Assembly: GCA_032718475.1 (NCBI GenBank) | Contig: JAUCBJ010001977.1 | Coordinates: forward strand, 1 to 64,000 | DNA length: 64,000 bases | From: Nemertoderma westbladi | Taxonomy: Eukaryota > Animalia > Xenacoelomorpha | Direction: 5' to 3' | Shown: positions 56,201-64,000 of the stretch, one piece after another | Position numbering within the stretch: the first letter of the stretch is position 1 | Layout: the number at the start of each line of letters is the position of its first letter | Translations under genes and position numbers: made by a program | Notes under the pieces: generated by a model | Told to the model about the DNA's origin: nothing | The model's database searches: none | The model's input: the letters and a program-made list of their open reading frames with translations, nothing else

Positions 56201-58937
56201 GATAGACTGCGGGTCAGGAAGGTGTGCTGCCCACATAAGGAGAACTGCGATTCGCAAGATATTAGTGGTGCAAATGTTACCATATTCAACGGTAGACACC
56301 TTATGGTCTACCACGAGACCACAGCATGTCTGCACGTAGTTGACTTAGATAAAGAGAAGAACATTCTGGTGGTAAATTTTAACATGTTTCATCCCGTGAA
56401 GAAAATGAAATGGCAGGGCGATATAGTTAGTCGGGTAGAAGGTGGGAGTCATAGCAACTGGGTGTGGGGAAACGGTGGTTTCATATACTCAGCATACAAT
56501 CCCGTCTCCAACAATTACTATCTAATCAAATTAGTTTTATAAAACTTTAGGTTAATAAACGTTCAATGATTATTAGGATTGTTAATTAATTTTAATATTA
56601 ATTGCATTTATCAAGATTCTCAAATAACATATAAAATATATTATATATTAGAACATCGTAGTAAATTATTATAACTACTACACTGAGTATTTACTAACCA
56701 GGCTGACTTGGTGGCCCACCAACCAATGCTAAGTAGTTGAGGTATGGTCGGAATCTGTAGACACCCTCCTGAACCAGTAGTCTCATCGTCAGGGCTACAA
56801 GTAGCCTGGAAGTCCAGTTTACTGACATTCAGATAAACGGAATTGTTAACGAGCGCGTCGAATAGAAACGTATCAACCTCGCCCACAAACTGACCCGTCT
56901 AAATAAAATGGGATTTACCTCGCAAAAACAATATGTAACATGTGCGCCTTCACATAGTATAGACTATAAATATTAATAAGAGTTTGGTAACCTACCAGTT
57001 TTGTAACTTACCATGTGAACAGTAACTTTATCATCGATAGAATCTTCGGTGTCTCTATTAGTGGCTATGATATAACCGCCATCATCTAGGAGATAGCAAT
57101 CTTTAGTAATACCATCGTCGATAAACCCAGCATCCTTCCGCTTATCTTTGCACTCAGGAAACCATGACAACGCCTCCCTCAGTTTGTTAACATCGATTTT
57201 TGCACCAACGACTTAGAATAAAAAAACGGTCGGTTGTTCATCTTAATTGTTCGAGTGGAATGTTATAGTTCCTATAAGCATTAGAAATCATGGTGTAAAT
57301 TAACGGCCTTCCTTCTTGTTAATTAAATTGAAGCAAAAAATACTACTATTGCAATATTCCTACTTAATAAGAAACATTAGTAAACAAAACAGCGTTAAAG
57401 GAGAGACACTATCGAGGAATCAGTCTCATTGTGGTTGCATAAAATTATTATACAACAAAATGATTCATACCAAATTAATCAACAATTTAGCTCAGGAGTT
57501 AATCGTGTAAAATAACCGCAAACGCATGTGATTAGTTGGTTTAAAAATTTAATTTAATATAAAACATTAAACGTCGGTGTCAGCGCTTTCTATACAAAAT
57601 AATAAACTAAACTTTATTTCATATATATGGACTAATTTCCGCTGGAGATCATTTTGCGGTCAATGTCCGTCACTCTGTATCTCAGATACTAGCGCCGCAA
57701 CGGAGATTGGAATTAAATCAAAGAGCCCTCCCCCTTCATACAGTTCTGACACTTGTGGACATTAAAGCATTCGACTCCATCAATTTAGGTAAAATGCTGG
57801 GGAATTGGATTATTATATAGAGATACAGAAGCTCAGGTACTCTCACCGGTTGGTGAAACTGAGTTCTTCTCAATACTGGCTGGCATACTTCAAGGTGGGA
57901 TCGAACTGGTGACCTCCGGGTTGGAAGTCTGACGCTCTAACCATTCAGCTAGCGGCTCAGGTAAAAGATAGACCTGGAAGTACTATCTGATACCTTGTAT
58001 GTCCGCAATTTACCTCCTCATGGCCTCCCATCTGTCAATACCATCATCTGCTGCCACTGGGCTCAACCCTACCGTACTTGGCCGTCTTTAACCACTCGCT
58101 ACAATGAAAGGGTAGTGTATATTAACCATGAACCATCACGGCCACAATGATTAATCATACCCACCTGGACGTCATTGCCGTCTTTGGAAAAAACTGTGCC
58201 CAACAAAAAGTTATAATAATATGAAGCCACTCATTCACCCATAACACCAATAATGAATTATAAAATACTGCAAGGTGACACATTAGCACCATTACGATTA
58301 GTAATTGTACTAGATTACGCAATGAGGATGGCCACAAAGGGTTAAGATATGGGATTGAGACTTCAAGAACGCGCAGATATCCCCGCTCATATAGTCAAAT
58401 GTACCGAGCGGATGACATCGCCCTGCTTTCTAATAATGCACTGGTGAATGCATTCAGTGGGCACTGGTGGGGTAAGTATAGACGAGGTCATATAGGATCT
58501 ACTTTTACGGCAACAAGCAAGAGCATAAGGTAGGCGCTTCCGTAGGCCAACTTGGGATAAACAACATTAAGACAACTATGGAGAATCGGCAAGTCTGTAA
58601 GTAACTCATTTCCACAGTCCGAGCTCGCTCGACCGATTAGTAGTAGTGATACATAAATTACATACCTCCCAGTTGGTAACTGGTACCGGTCTCGCTGCCT
58701 GTCGTTGGATTGGTAGCGTGTTTCGGCATATCCCAATTGGGCTGTACGTAAGCTTCGGCGTCCGTCTGGATTACAGACATGGAAGCCAGCACGGAATTAT
58801 TATCATTAGTCAAATGTGTGGAGAAGAGAAGGAATCTGCGTGACTCATCCTCGTCTAGGTTTTGCCCGTAAGCGAGAGTCCGTCTGTAGTAGAGTTGTTC
58901 TCGAATGTCTCGGAATGCATCCCAATCCTCTACGTTC
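2104..58937 (-). CDS. CACNA2D: Voltage-dependent calcium channel alpha2/delta subunit, 3' portion. Exons 58666-58937, 57012-57211, 56699-56898, 14843-15094, 14066-14234, 2497-2622 and ~2104-2209; the 5' part is not seen and presumably lies beyond the window end.
   Basis: Manual spliced translation with GT-AG boundaries gives [59 protein letters not shown]|[24 protein letters not shown]|..[25 protein letters not shown] followed by a hydrophobic tail. This is collinear with the CACNA2D1 C-terminal half as I recall it (VVGIKIDV, ILDDGGFLL, IGWWATAAAW, CITEQTQYFF, TNLIFIMV, RKGPDVCF). Confidence 0.92.
2497..2622 (-). CDS. CACNA2D: CACNA2D penultimate exon (TIHSHFGEK...[25 protein letters not shown])
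   Basis: Acceptor tttcttacag| and donor ATT|gtgagt. 126 nt, phase 0-0; resembles C..PRYRKGPDVCFDNN. Confidence 0.78.
2740..3440 (+). pseudogene. Degraded non-LTR retrotransposon (RTE-like) reverse transcriptase fragment
   Basis: Frameshifted pieces [56 protein letters not shown] and LDGTFTRML occur in RT/thumb order. Confidence 0.75.
4428..6311 (+). CDS. AKAP1: A-kinase anchor protein 1-like (N-terminal hydrophobic mitochondrial anchor, KH domain, Tudor domain); single-exon CDS nested antisense in a CACNA2D intron
   Basis: 627-aa ORF. N-terminal hydrophobic helix ([19 protein letters not shown]), KH motif ([25 protein letters not shown]) and Tudor region ([25 protein letters not shown]) typical of AKAP1/spoonbill. 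Confidence 0.9.
   Translation: MYIPRAVIYIATPMVALAVGLAIYFKNSKAISTGSSTESEKTRNNSNLSDSSQMDSRLKESGKNPISLSVVDGDDSIIIDNAVVRCSRPDILPTKAIERDNDRPSVSGTASNIDCSLYNDDGEIKLTDESFHDNDENLPNCLSADLSKLTCEFSEDKQLGVTAGVEILESNTSAPKVKRVCKGKRRGKFRRSVEEGDVCSSAPQSLGTAPQSLGTAPQSLGTAPQSLGTVPQSPGMAHQSTDSAAAGGDSSVVNSLGAGDANSKSRYNPAKENISSGKDKNEGKDKKRGDGKPWKPHNKANGSAMNGVSGTARLDTTDNIIWECEFPIQYSALFIGKKGKMVNFLKEKSGAKIFLKKLPFDSPFHSLLIEGSLEGINRALKLIDNKFSYIDLSGGVYYDKSGAIVVPVPTAVQPLNPNTSQLRLPHAVVEVSVPYVSHAGRFFVQQPTHPMYPALARLSVAMGTVYSDPEGAGIPSLPVPISPGMICVVPTAAQGRWARAMVCGSEGGSFICVKLVDLGGYVTVSADLLKQIRNDFISLPFQATDVALYNARPTPPPGGPKLRSHNKFSDEATKLFKELISGKTLLVEVKDYNREGIPLVNLYAVEGSDSKLVNQCLIDSGLAIPTN
5031..5135 (+). repeat. 21-bp in-frame coding tandem repeat (APQSLGT, ~5 copies) in the AKAP1 linker
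   Basis: gccccccagtcactcgggact units, visible in the translation. Confidence 0.9.
6442..8184 (+). repeat. 36-bp minisatellite, ~48 near-identical copies (taaactgtctgtaatcctaactaacgtcggtttata)
   Basis: Direct inspection; it begins 131 bp after the AKAP1 stop. Confidence 0.97.
9075..10195. mobile_element. DNA-transposon relic with terminus GGGTGATTCTCATCAAATCTGTACC..GTTGCGGACGGGACA (same terminus at ~12913 and ~59378)
   Basis: The shared terminal motif occurs three times. A partial inverted copy aatgtcccgtccacaacg lies at ~10173-10190. Confidence 0.55.
9620..9818 (-). pseudogene. Degenerate 5' fragment of a PIF/Harbinger (HARBI1-like) transposase
   Basis: [26 protein letters not shown]../[26 protein letters not shown] matches the WVH..G.Y..LV.E.R...EKF..YFR...F..L N-terminal pattern, with stops and a frameshift. 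Confidence 0.6.
10432..11603. mobile_element. Non-autonomous hAT element: TIR CAGGGTTG, 8-bp TSD ATTAGCTC
   Basis: TSD at 10424-10431 and 11604-11611, with subterminal ATTTAAATCA repeats. The empty site, with a single ATTAGCTC on the reverse strand, is at ~60346-60353. Confidence 0.85.
10516..10867. mobile_element. MULE-like MITE with long TIRs (GGGTGACT...) and 9-bp TSD ATTTAAATC, nested in the hAT element
   Basis: Inverted arms over 100 bp; TSD at 10507-10515 and 10868-10876. Confidence 0.8.
11687..12241. mobile_element. TIR element (CTCTGCCGTGCAATGTAAAAAG...) with internal ACTTACGG repeats; TSD ambiguous
   Basis: Perfect ~22-bp inverted ends. The element is absent from the homologous site at ~60250-60265. 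Confidence 0.75.
12242..12795 (-). repeat. Dispersed repeat, near-identical inverted copy of ~59715-60260
   Basis: The same 68-aa ORF appears in both copies (12370-12576 minus; 59922-60128 plus) and the flanks align. Confidence 0.9.
14066..14234 (-). CDS. CACNA2D: CACNA2D internal exon ([24 protein letters not shown]...EEDLGNE)
   Basis: Acceptor ttttag|A and donor GAG|gtaggt. Contains the TNLIF motif. Confidence 0.88.
14345..14833. mobile_element. Tc1/mariner-like MITE with ~90-100-bp TIRs (CACCATGTCCCAGAATATAG..polyC) and TA TSD
   Basis: TA at 14343-14344 and 14834-14835 flank long inverted arms. Confidence 0.85.
14843..15094 (-). CDS. CACNA2D: CACNA2D internal exon ([13 protein letters not shown]...[13 protein letters not shown]...SCSSR)
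   Basis: Acceptor ttttag|G completes the TG|G Trp codon begun at 56699; donor AG|gtctgt. Carries the CxTExTQYFF motif of the delta region. Confidence 0.88.
15169..15350. mobile_element. PIF/Harbinger (Tourist-like) MITE: TIR GGCTGCGTTCACACTACCGAGTC, TTA TSD
   Basis: ~35-bp TIRs with TTA on both sides. Confidence 0.85.
15531..15622 (+). repeat. 23-bp tandem repeat, 4 copies (agagaaagccgccccaatattag)
   Basis: Direct inspection. Confidence 0.9.
17182..17631 (+). CDS. Candidate 2-exon, 92-aa basic microprotein with two SILK-like plus RVxF (PP1-docking) modules; exons 17182-17201 and 17373-17631
   Basis: Good start context gacaATGG with an upstream in-frame TGA. CCTAG|gtaatt..ttatccgtag|A phase-2 join. 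Product [55 protein letters not shown]..; the exon is GC-richer than its flanks. Confidence 0.55.
18430..18680. repeat. Fragment of a dispersed repeat family (GTAACCTGCTCC / AAATAACAGCTGAT / poly-C), related to ~22790-22900 and ~27075-27260
   Basis: Shared blocks cgacgcaaataacagctgatt and tgcgtccagttccccc occur in both orientations. Confidence 0.65.
19369..19446 (-). mobile_element. L2/CR1-type LINE or SINE 3' tail
   Basis: The plus-strand pattern (aat)n..tttgtatagcgcc...tctaaggcgcttac is the reverse complement of the characteristic stem-loop plus microsatellite tail. Confidence 0.5.
20487..21428 (+). CDS. WDR82: WD repeat-containing protein 82 (SET1/COMPASS and PTW/PP1 subunit); single-exon CDS nested antisense
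   Basis: 313-aa ORF with the expected length and near-invariant WDR82 sequence ([60 protein letters not shown]). Confidence 0.97.
   Translation: MKITDTVVRSFRVAKLFRENHQRINSIDFSHNGETLISSSDDDSIGIYDCQTGMPKKTLYSKKYGVDFIRYTHNHTTVIYSSNKVDDTIRYLSLHDNKYIRYFHGHTKKVVTMCMCPADDTFLSGSLDNTIRLWDLRSPSCQGVMHLPGRPVAAFDPEGLIFAAGYHSETLKLYDLRSYDKGPFNTFKLQKDSDCDWTSMKFSSDGKIILISTNGSVVRLIDAFNGNNLQTFTGYTNSKGIPLEASFTPDSQFVLVGSTDSKIHWWNAETGTKTAVIESKHSGPIQNIQFNPKFMMFATTCSHMHFWLPSIDE
22907..25028. mobile_element. Foldback element with ~520-bp inverted arms; the right arm is split by a ~900-bp insertion (23713-24610)
   Basis: 22907-23320 is inverted at 24613-25028, and 23320-23425 is inverted at 23605-23712. Confidence 0.85.
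25735..26978. mobile_element. piggyBac-like non-autonomous element (CCCTATTA...TAATAGGG, T(C/T)AA target)
   Basis: Ends tcaa|ccctatta and taataggg|ttaa, with an internal inverted subterminal repeat aatattgacccctccc / gggaagggtcatatt. Confidence 0.65.
27662..27922 (-). mobile_element. tRNA-derived SINE
   Basis: Minus-strand A box TGGTGTAGTGG and B box GGTTCGATCC, an unrelated body and a (TTTAC)n tail. Confidence 0.7.
29559..31533 (+). CDS. LCLAT1: Lysocardiolipin acyltransferase 1-like (AGPAT family); 3 exons 29559-29824, 30228-30372, 30838-31533 giving 368 aa
   Basis: Spliced ORF is in phase (CATAG|gtaagt..caacag|G; AAG|gtaggt..tttttag|AGA). Motifs [44 protein letters not shown] and [11 protein letters not shown], plus C-terminal TM helices. 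Confidence 0.9.
30356..30552 (+). repeat. 41-bp tandem repeat, ~5 copies, that copies the LCLAT1 exon-2 splice donor
   Basis: gattctactttctcaag|gtaggtctgtaacacagacgtgta at 30356, 30397, 30438, 30479 and 30520. Confidence 0.92.
31819..35071 (+). repeat. 26-bp minisatellite, ~125 copies (ctggtaaccccttcccctgctgcgaa)
   Basis: Direct inspection; it begins 286 bp after the LCLAT1 stop. Confidence 0.97.
35526..54284 (+). repeat. 18.8-kb satellite of 25(-26)-bp monomers, ~750 copies (ga/gg-ttagtaaaatggtc-aaaagggga and variants), with higher-order structure
   Basis: Period of 25 measured at 35531 and 35556. Recurrent variants aaaagggg, aaaatggg, acaatggg and ataaagagg; degenerate right edge. Confidence 0.97.
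54866..56542 (+). CDS. Uncharacterised intronless 558-aa protein: helical N-terminal ~230 aa and a beta-strand-rich (propeller-like) C-terminal region; nested antisense
   Basis: 1677-nt non-repetitive, stop-free ORF, clearly GC-richer than its flanks, with AATAAA at 56554-56559. I cannot assign a named family with confidence. Confidence 0.85.
   Translation: MDLGLAQSVFDFVIPYLQGLVIKKLENGDPVSVAICEKLMGDLGKINKGVNALQEADLKAAENHIKEAIINREKGNREDTMKLLEKAMEEANNAETTDPSYPVKIRAITLYITATLGRFGAAAIKKESQLANTSLDDIDLKLKRKIHINLIHALNKLARITEISAIEREVNEVGMQGKLAKIKGRFFKSYKDAEMAAKEIKFFCFEQLIREHDEAFPLLSYYSEIFPDERKPMVHAKSLFKQMVQISGAPQTMVQDGEQIYVIDAHATIAIYDYYSLQFQRNVELDLEYDEVLAMYFTDKEELEVVILSQIKGDRILQATVVELTFFGVESKARLNYGTALDCYSYDGSTGTVVAVVEGDLYSWNSRDRKITDFTLMEKGKKGVSVLDIKAEGDKVIKLIKDGSEQTKVQYEDQETAGQLLLGYRDNTPYFTNAGHAFKYHRNEGDRLRVRKVCCPHKENCDSQDISGANVTIFNGRHLMVYHETTACLHVVDLDKEKNILVVNFNMFHPVKKMKWQGDIVSRVEGGSHSNWVWGNGGFIYSAYNPVSNNYYLIKLVL
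56699..56898 (-). CDS. CACNA2D: CACNA2D internal exon ([22 protein letters not shown]...[10 protein letters not shown])
   Basis: Acceptor atttag| and donor TG|gttagt (phase 2). Matches GRFFGEID..LVNISVY..DYQSVC..IGWWAT. Confidence 0.92.
57012..57211 (-). CDS. CACNA2D: CACNA2D internal exon ([10 protein letters not shown]...[15 protein letters not shown]...VHM)
   Basis: Acceptor ttctaag| and donor ATG|gtaagt. Contains the LLDDGGY Cache-domain motif. Confidence 0.92.
57800..57958 (-). mobile_element. tRNA-derived SINE (head ~57885-57958) in a CACNA2D intron
   Basis: A box TAGCTGAATGG and B box AGTTCGATCCC; the acceptor stem does not close and the sequence runs on into a SINE-like body. Confidence 0.6.
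58666..58937 (-). CDS. CACNA2D: CACNA2D internal exon ([23 protein letters not shown]...SYQLG)
   Basis: Acceptor cccttag|G and donor GGAG|gtatgt. 272 nt, stop-free; its phase-1 end joins the next exon to give VVGAKID. Confidence 0.85.
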
Positions 58938-59377
58938 CTAAGGGATGCGATTAAATAATTTTAGTAGACCGATAATAGAAGACCGATATGTTCAGATAAG
59001 ATATTCTAGAACACACGTATATATTCTTAGAGGACGCACGACATTACAGAGTGCATCAGTACATATTTTTTTCCCAACTTTTCCAAATTATGTTTCAACA
59101 TAGTAATATAATACCATAGCAACTATAATAGATCAGTAATAATTACTGGGTTTAGAGCATTTTATTTAACGGTATTGCACCACCGAAATCGTTGTTTTCT
59201 GGAATAAGAGAAATGTTTTAAATTTATGATGGAAAGTTTCCATAGCAACAGACATCATAATTATTGATCTGATTCTTAGGTTGGTATGTTTGAACATACA
59301 GTAGAGATACCGTAGTCTACAGTTGGGTTGTAAATAGTATCCTACTGTCAGTGGCTGTAAATAATATACCCTATATG

Positions 59378-60420
59378 GGTGATTCTCATCACATCTGTAC
59401 CGCGTTGCGGACGGGACAAAGGTCAAAAAAAGTTTCCAGTAAGTTAAATATACCAGTACTAAAATATTGTTTTATAATACTAGTGTGGTTTTTAAAGTTT
59501 CCAAGCAATAGCACTTGTGGTTTTTAAAGTTTCCAAGCAATAGCACTTGTGGTTTTTAAAATATCAGGTTGTCTGCCATTGTTGCGGATGGTATAAAGCC
59601 ATTCATTGTGCTCATAGATTATGTTTGCACATAAGATACACTGATATATTGAGTTAGAAACTAACAACAATGTTTGAGCATTTATTTATATAAAAAATAA
59701 GAACCTTGTTGCTATAAAAATACGTAAATACCTCCAACTTTATTTGTTTATAAAATCTAAGAAATTCAGCAGCGTATCTGTGAAACCAACTTTAGGGAAA
59801 TATGAAGCTAATAAATGATCAACGTCACAGATAATTGTTTAATATTATGTACTACAATGACCACAGTGATACAACTTAATATTTAGTTGGCGTCTACGTA
59901 AAATCCTACTTCTGGTTCATTATGAATGTTGCGGATGGGACATTATATATATACTTGTTTATCGAATATTGTGGGATTACGGGAAATTTAAAGCAACACC
60001 AATTGGGGAGAAAGATGGCAGCGAATGCAAACGACAAAAATTGGCTCTATGTTCATAACACAAACATCAGTTTGGAATTTTATAATGTTTCAATTAATGT
60101 CCCGCCCGCAACTTTCATAACAAATTAGTAAATACTTATATAGTCCATACTAAATACTAAAAAGTTTAGAAACCATTTGTATACTGTAGTCAGTGGAACT
60201 GAAAGTTGCGTATCAATGTCGCCAATGTCCTTTTGTTTGACAATATGGACTGGACAGTTGCCATCACACTCTTAGGTTTCTTTCTGAACTGCATTAGTTT
60301 CCAATTATATCACTGACATTTCACATTTAGTGATTAGGCGTTGTTGAGCTAATTAATGGGCAATCAACTCATGTGAAGTATAATACCGACGTTGTTGTCA
60401 TAACAATTTATTGTGCGGTA
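59378..60420 (+). mobile_element. Dispersed element: uninterrupted homologue of the 10350-12795 segment, starting with the GGGTGATTCTCAT terminus and running into the 62-bp array
   Basis: Reverse-complement match to 12242-12795, 11604-11686 and 10360-10431, without the nested insertions. Confidence 0.75.
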
Positions 60421-63400
60421 GAGTCAAACATCTTGTGAAGTATAATACCGACGTTGTTGTCATAACAATTTATTGTGCGGGAGAGCCAAACATCTTGTGA
60501 AGTATAATACCGACGTTGTTGTCATAACAATTTATTGTGCTGGAGAGCCAAACATCTTGTGAAGTATAATACCGATGTTGTTGTCATAACAATTTATTGT
60601 GCGGGAGAGTCAAACATCTTGTGAAGTATAATACCGACGTTGTTGTCATAACAATTTATTGTGCGGGAGAGCCAAACATCTTGTGAAGTATAATACCGAT
60701 GTTGTTGTCATAACAATTTATTGTGCGGGAGAGTCAAACATCTTGTGAAGTATAATACCGACGTTGTTGTCATAACAATTTATTGTGCGGGAGAGCCAAA
60801 CATCTTGTGAAGTATAATACCGACGTTGTTGTCATAACAATTTATTGTGCTGGAGAGCCAAACATCTTGTGAAGTATAATACCGATGTTGTTGTCATAAC
60901 AATTTATTGTGCGGGAGAGTCAAACATCTTGTGAAGTATAATACCGACGTTGTTGTCATAACAATTTATTGTGCGGGAGAGCCAAACATCTTGTGAAGTA
61001 TAATACCGATGTTGTTGTCATAACAATTTATTGTGCGGTAGAGCCAAACATCTTGTGAAGTATAATACCGACGTTGTTGTCAACAATTTATTGTGCGGGA
61101 GAGCCAAACATCTTGTGAAGTATAATACCGATGTTGTTGTCATAACAATTTATTATGCGGGAGAGCCAAACATCTTGAAGTATAGGCCCTAATACCGACG
61201 TTGTTGTCAACAATTTATTGTGCGGGAGAGCCAAACATCTTGTGAAGTATAATACCGACGTTGTTGTCATAACAATTTATTGTGCGGGAGAGTCAAACAT
61301 CTTGTGAAGTATAATACCGACGTTGTTGTCAACAATTTATTGTGCGGGAGAGCCAAACATCTTGTGAAGTATAATACCGATGTTGTTGTCATAACAATTT
61401 ATTGTGCGGTAGAGCCAAACATCTTGTGAAGTATAATACCGACGTTGTTGTCAACAATTTATTGTGCGGGAGAGCCAAACATCTTGTGAAGTATAATACC
61501 GATGTTGTTGTCATAACAATTTATTATGCGGGAGAGCCAAACATCTTGTGAAGTATAATACCGACGTTGTTGTCATAACAATTTATTGTGCGGTAGAGAC
61601 AAACATCTTGTGAAGTATAATACCGACGTTGTTGTCATAACAATTTATTGTGCGGTAGAGACAAACATCTTGTGAAGTATAATACCGACGTTGTTGTCAT
61701 AACAATTTATTGTGCTGGAGAGCCAAACATCTTGTGAAGTATAATACCGACGTTGTTATCATAACAATTTATTGTGCGGAAGAGCCAAACATCTTGTGAA
61801 GTATAATACCGACGTTGTTGCCATAAAAATTTATTGTGCGGTAGAGCCAAACATCTTGTGAAGTATAATACCGATGTTGATTGTGCGGGAGAGCCAAACA
61901 TCTTGTGAAGTATAATACCGACGTTGTTGTCAAAACAATTTATTGTGCGGGAGAGCCAAACATCTTGTGAAGTATAATACCGACGTTGTTGTCATAAAAA
62001 TTTATTGTGCGGTAGAGCCAAACATCTTGTGAAGTATAATACCGATGTTGATTGTGCGGGAGAGCCAAACATCTTGTGAAATATAATACCGATGTTGTTG
62101 TCAAAACAATTTATTGTGCGGGAGAGCCAAACATCTTGTGAAGTATAATACCGACGTTGTTGTCATAACAATTTATTGTGCGGGAGAGCCAAACATCTTG
62201 TGAAGTATAATACCGATGTTGATTGTGCGGGAGAGCCAAACATCTTGTGAAGTATAATACCGACGTTGTTGTCAAAACAATTTATTGTGCGGGAGAGCCA
62301 AACATCTTGTGAAGTATAATACCGACGTTGTTGTCATAACAATTTATTGTGTGGTAGAGCCAAACATCTTGTGAAGTATAATACCGACGTTGTTGTCATA
62401 ACAATTTATTGTGCGGTAGAGCCAAACATCTTGTGAAGTATAATACCGACGTTGTTGTCATAACAATTTATTGTGCGGGAGAGCCAAACATCTTGTGAAG
62501 TATAATACCGACGTTGTTGTCATAACAATTTATTGTGCGGTAGAGACAAACATCTTGTGAAGTATAATACCGACGTTGTTGTCATAACAATTTATTGTGC
62601 GGTAGAGCCAAACATCTTGTGAAGTATAATACCGACGTTGTTGTCATAACAATTTATTGTGCGGTAGAGCCAAACATCTTGTGAAGTATAATACCGATGT
62701 TGATTGTGCGGGAGAGCCAAACATCTTGTGAAGTATAATACCGACGTTGTTGTCAAAACAATTTATTGTGCGGGAGAGCCAAACATCTTGTGAAGTATAA
62801 TACCGACGTTGTTGTCATAACAATTTATTGTGCGGGAGAGCCAAACATCTTGTGAAGTATAATACCGATGTTGATTGTGCGGGAGAGCCAAACATCTTGT
62901 GAAGTATAATACCGACGTTGTTGTCAAAACAATTTATTGTGCGGGAGAGCCAAACATCTTGTGAAGTATAATACCGACGTTGTTGTCATAACAATTTATT
63001 GTGCGGTAGAGCCAAACATCTTGTGAAGTATAATACCGATGTTGATTGTGCGGGAGAGCCAAACATCTTGTGAAGTATAATACCGACGTTGTTGTCAAAA
63101 CAATTTATTGTGCGGGAGAGCCAAACATCTTGTGAAGTAAAATACCGACGTTGTTGTCATAACAATTTATTGTGCGGGAGAGCCAAACATCTTGTGAAGT
63201 ATAATACCGATGTTGATTGTGCGGGAGAGCCAAACATCTTGTGAAGTATAATACCGACGTTGTTGTCATAACAATTTATTGTGCGGGAGAGCCAAACATC
63301 TTGTGAAGTATAATACCGATGTTGATTGTGCGGGAGAGCCAAACATCTTGTGAAGTATAATACCGATGTTGATTGTGCGGGAGAGCCAAACATCTTGTGA

Positions 63401-64000
63401 AGTATAATACCGACGTTGTTGTCAAAACAATTTATTGTGCGGGAGAGCCAAACATCTTGTGAAGTATAATACCGACGTTGTTGTCATAACAATTTATTGT
63501 GCGGGAGAGCCAAACATCTTGTGAAGTATAATACCGACGTTGTTGTCATAACAATTTATTGTGCGGGAGAGCCAAACATCTTGTGAAGTATAATACCGAT
63601 GTTGATTGTGCGGGAGAGCCAAACATCTTGTGAAGTATAATACCGACGTTGTTGTCAAAACAATTTATTGTGCGGGAGAGCCAAACATCTTGTGAAGTAT
63701 AATACCGACGTTGTTGTCATAACAATTTATTGTGCGGGAGAGCCAAACATCTTGTGAAGTATAATACCGACGTTGTTGTCATAACAATTTATTGTGCGGG
63801 AGAGCCAAACATCTTGTGAAGTATAATACCGATGTTGATTGTGCGGGAGAGCCAAACATCTTGTGAAGTATAATACCGACGTTGTTGTCAAAACAATTTA
63901 TTGTGCGGGAGAGCCAAACATCTTGTGAAGTATAATACCGACGTTGTTGTCATAACAATTTATTGTGCGGGAGAGCCAAACATCTTGTGAAGTATAATAC
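60372..64000 (+). repeat. 62-bp tandem array with 47-bp and 59-bp deletion variants, running off the window end
   Basis: catcttgtgaagtataataccgacgttgttgtcataacaatttattgtgcgggagagccaaa with period 62 (60429 to 60491). Confidence 0.97.

Noticed and set aside
57885-57958. Possible tRNA gene (also ~27850-27922)
   Set aside because: A and B boxes are present but the cloverleaf stems do not close and SINE-like bodies follow.
59922-60128. Identical 68-aa ORF at two loci (also 12370-12576)
   Set aside because: The identity reflects a young dispersed repeat, and I recognise no domain.
60372-64000. CRISPR-like appearance of the 62/47-bp array
   Set aside because: There are no unique spacers and no cas genes, and the context is a eukaryotic intron.

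Overview
AT-rich, repeat-rich animal genomic DNA, probably from an invertebrate; there are no prokaryotic features. Almost the whole window lies inside the 3' half of one minus-strand voltage-gated calcium channel alpha2/delta gene (CACNA2D family). I traced seven of its exons by hand between 58937 and 2104; six join in phase and the last junction is out of phase as written. Two large introns of this gene (41.6 kb and 11.4 kb) hold plus-strand, antisense nested genes: AKAP1 (single-exon CDS), WDR82 (single-exon CDS), a 3-exon LCLAT1, an intronless 558-aa protein I cannot name, and a candidate 2-exon, 92-aa basic microprotein with two PP1-docking-like modules. About 27 kb is tandem repeat, with 36-, 26-, 25- and 62-bp units. 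The 18.8-kb 25-bp satellite reads in the host pre-mRNA as about 750 UACUAAY branch-point/STAR-site motifs, each followed by a pyrimidine tract, with almost no AG. The 62-bp array can be traced to a single seed copy in a dispersed element near 10.4 kb. The rest is non-autonomous DNA transposons (hAT, MULE-like, P-like, Tc1/mariner, Harbinger, piggyBac-like), a foldback element, SINEs and LINE debris. Gene names come from motifs I recognise; no database search was run.
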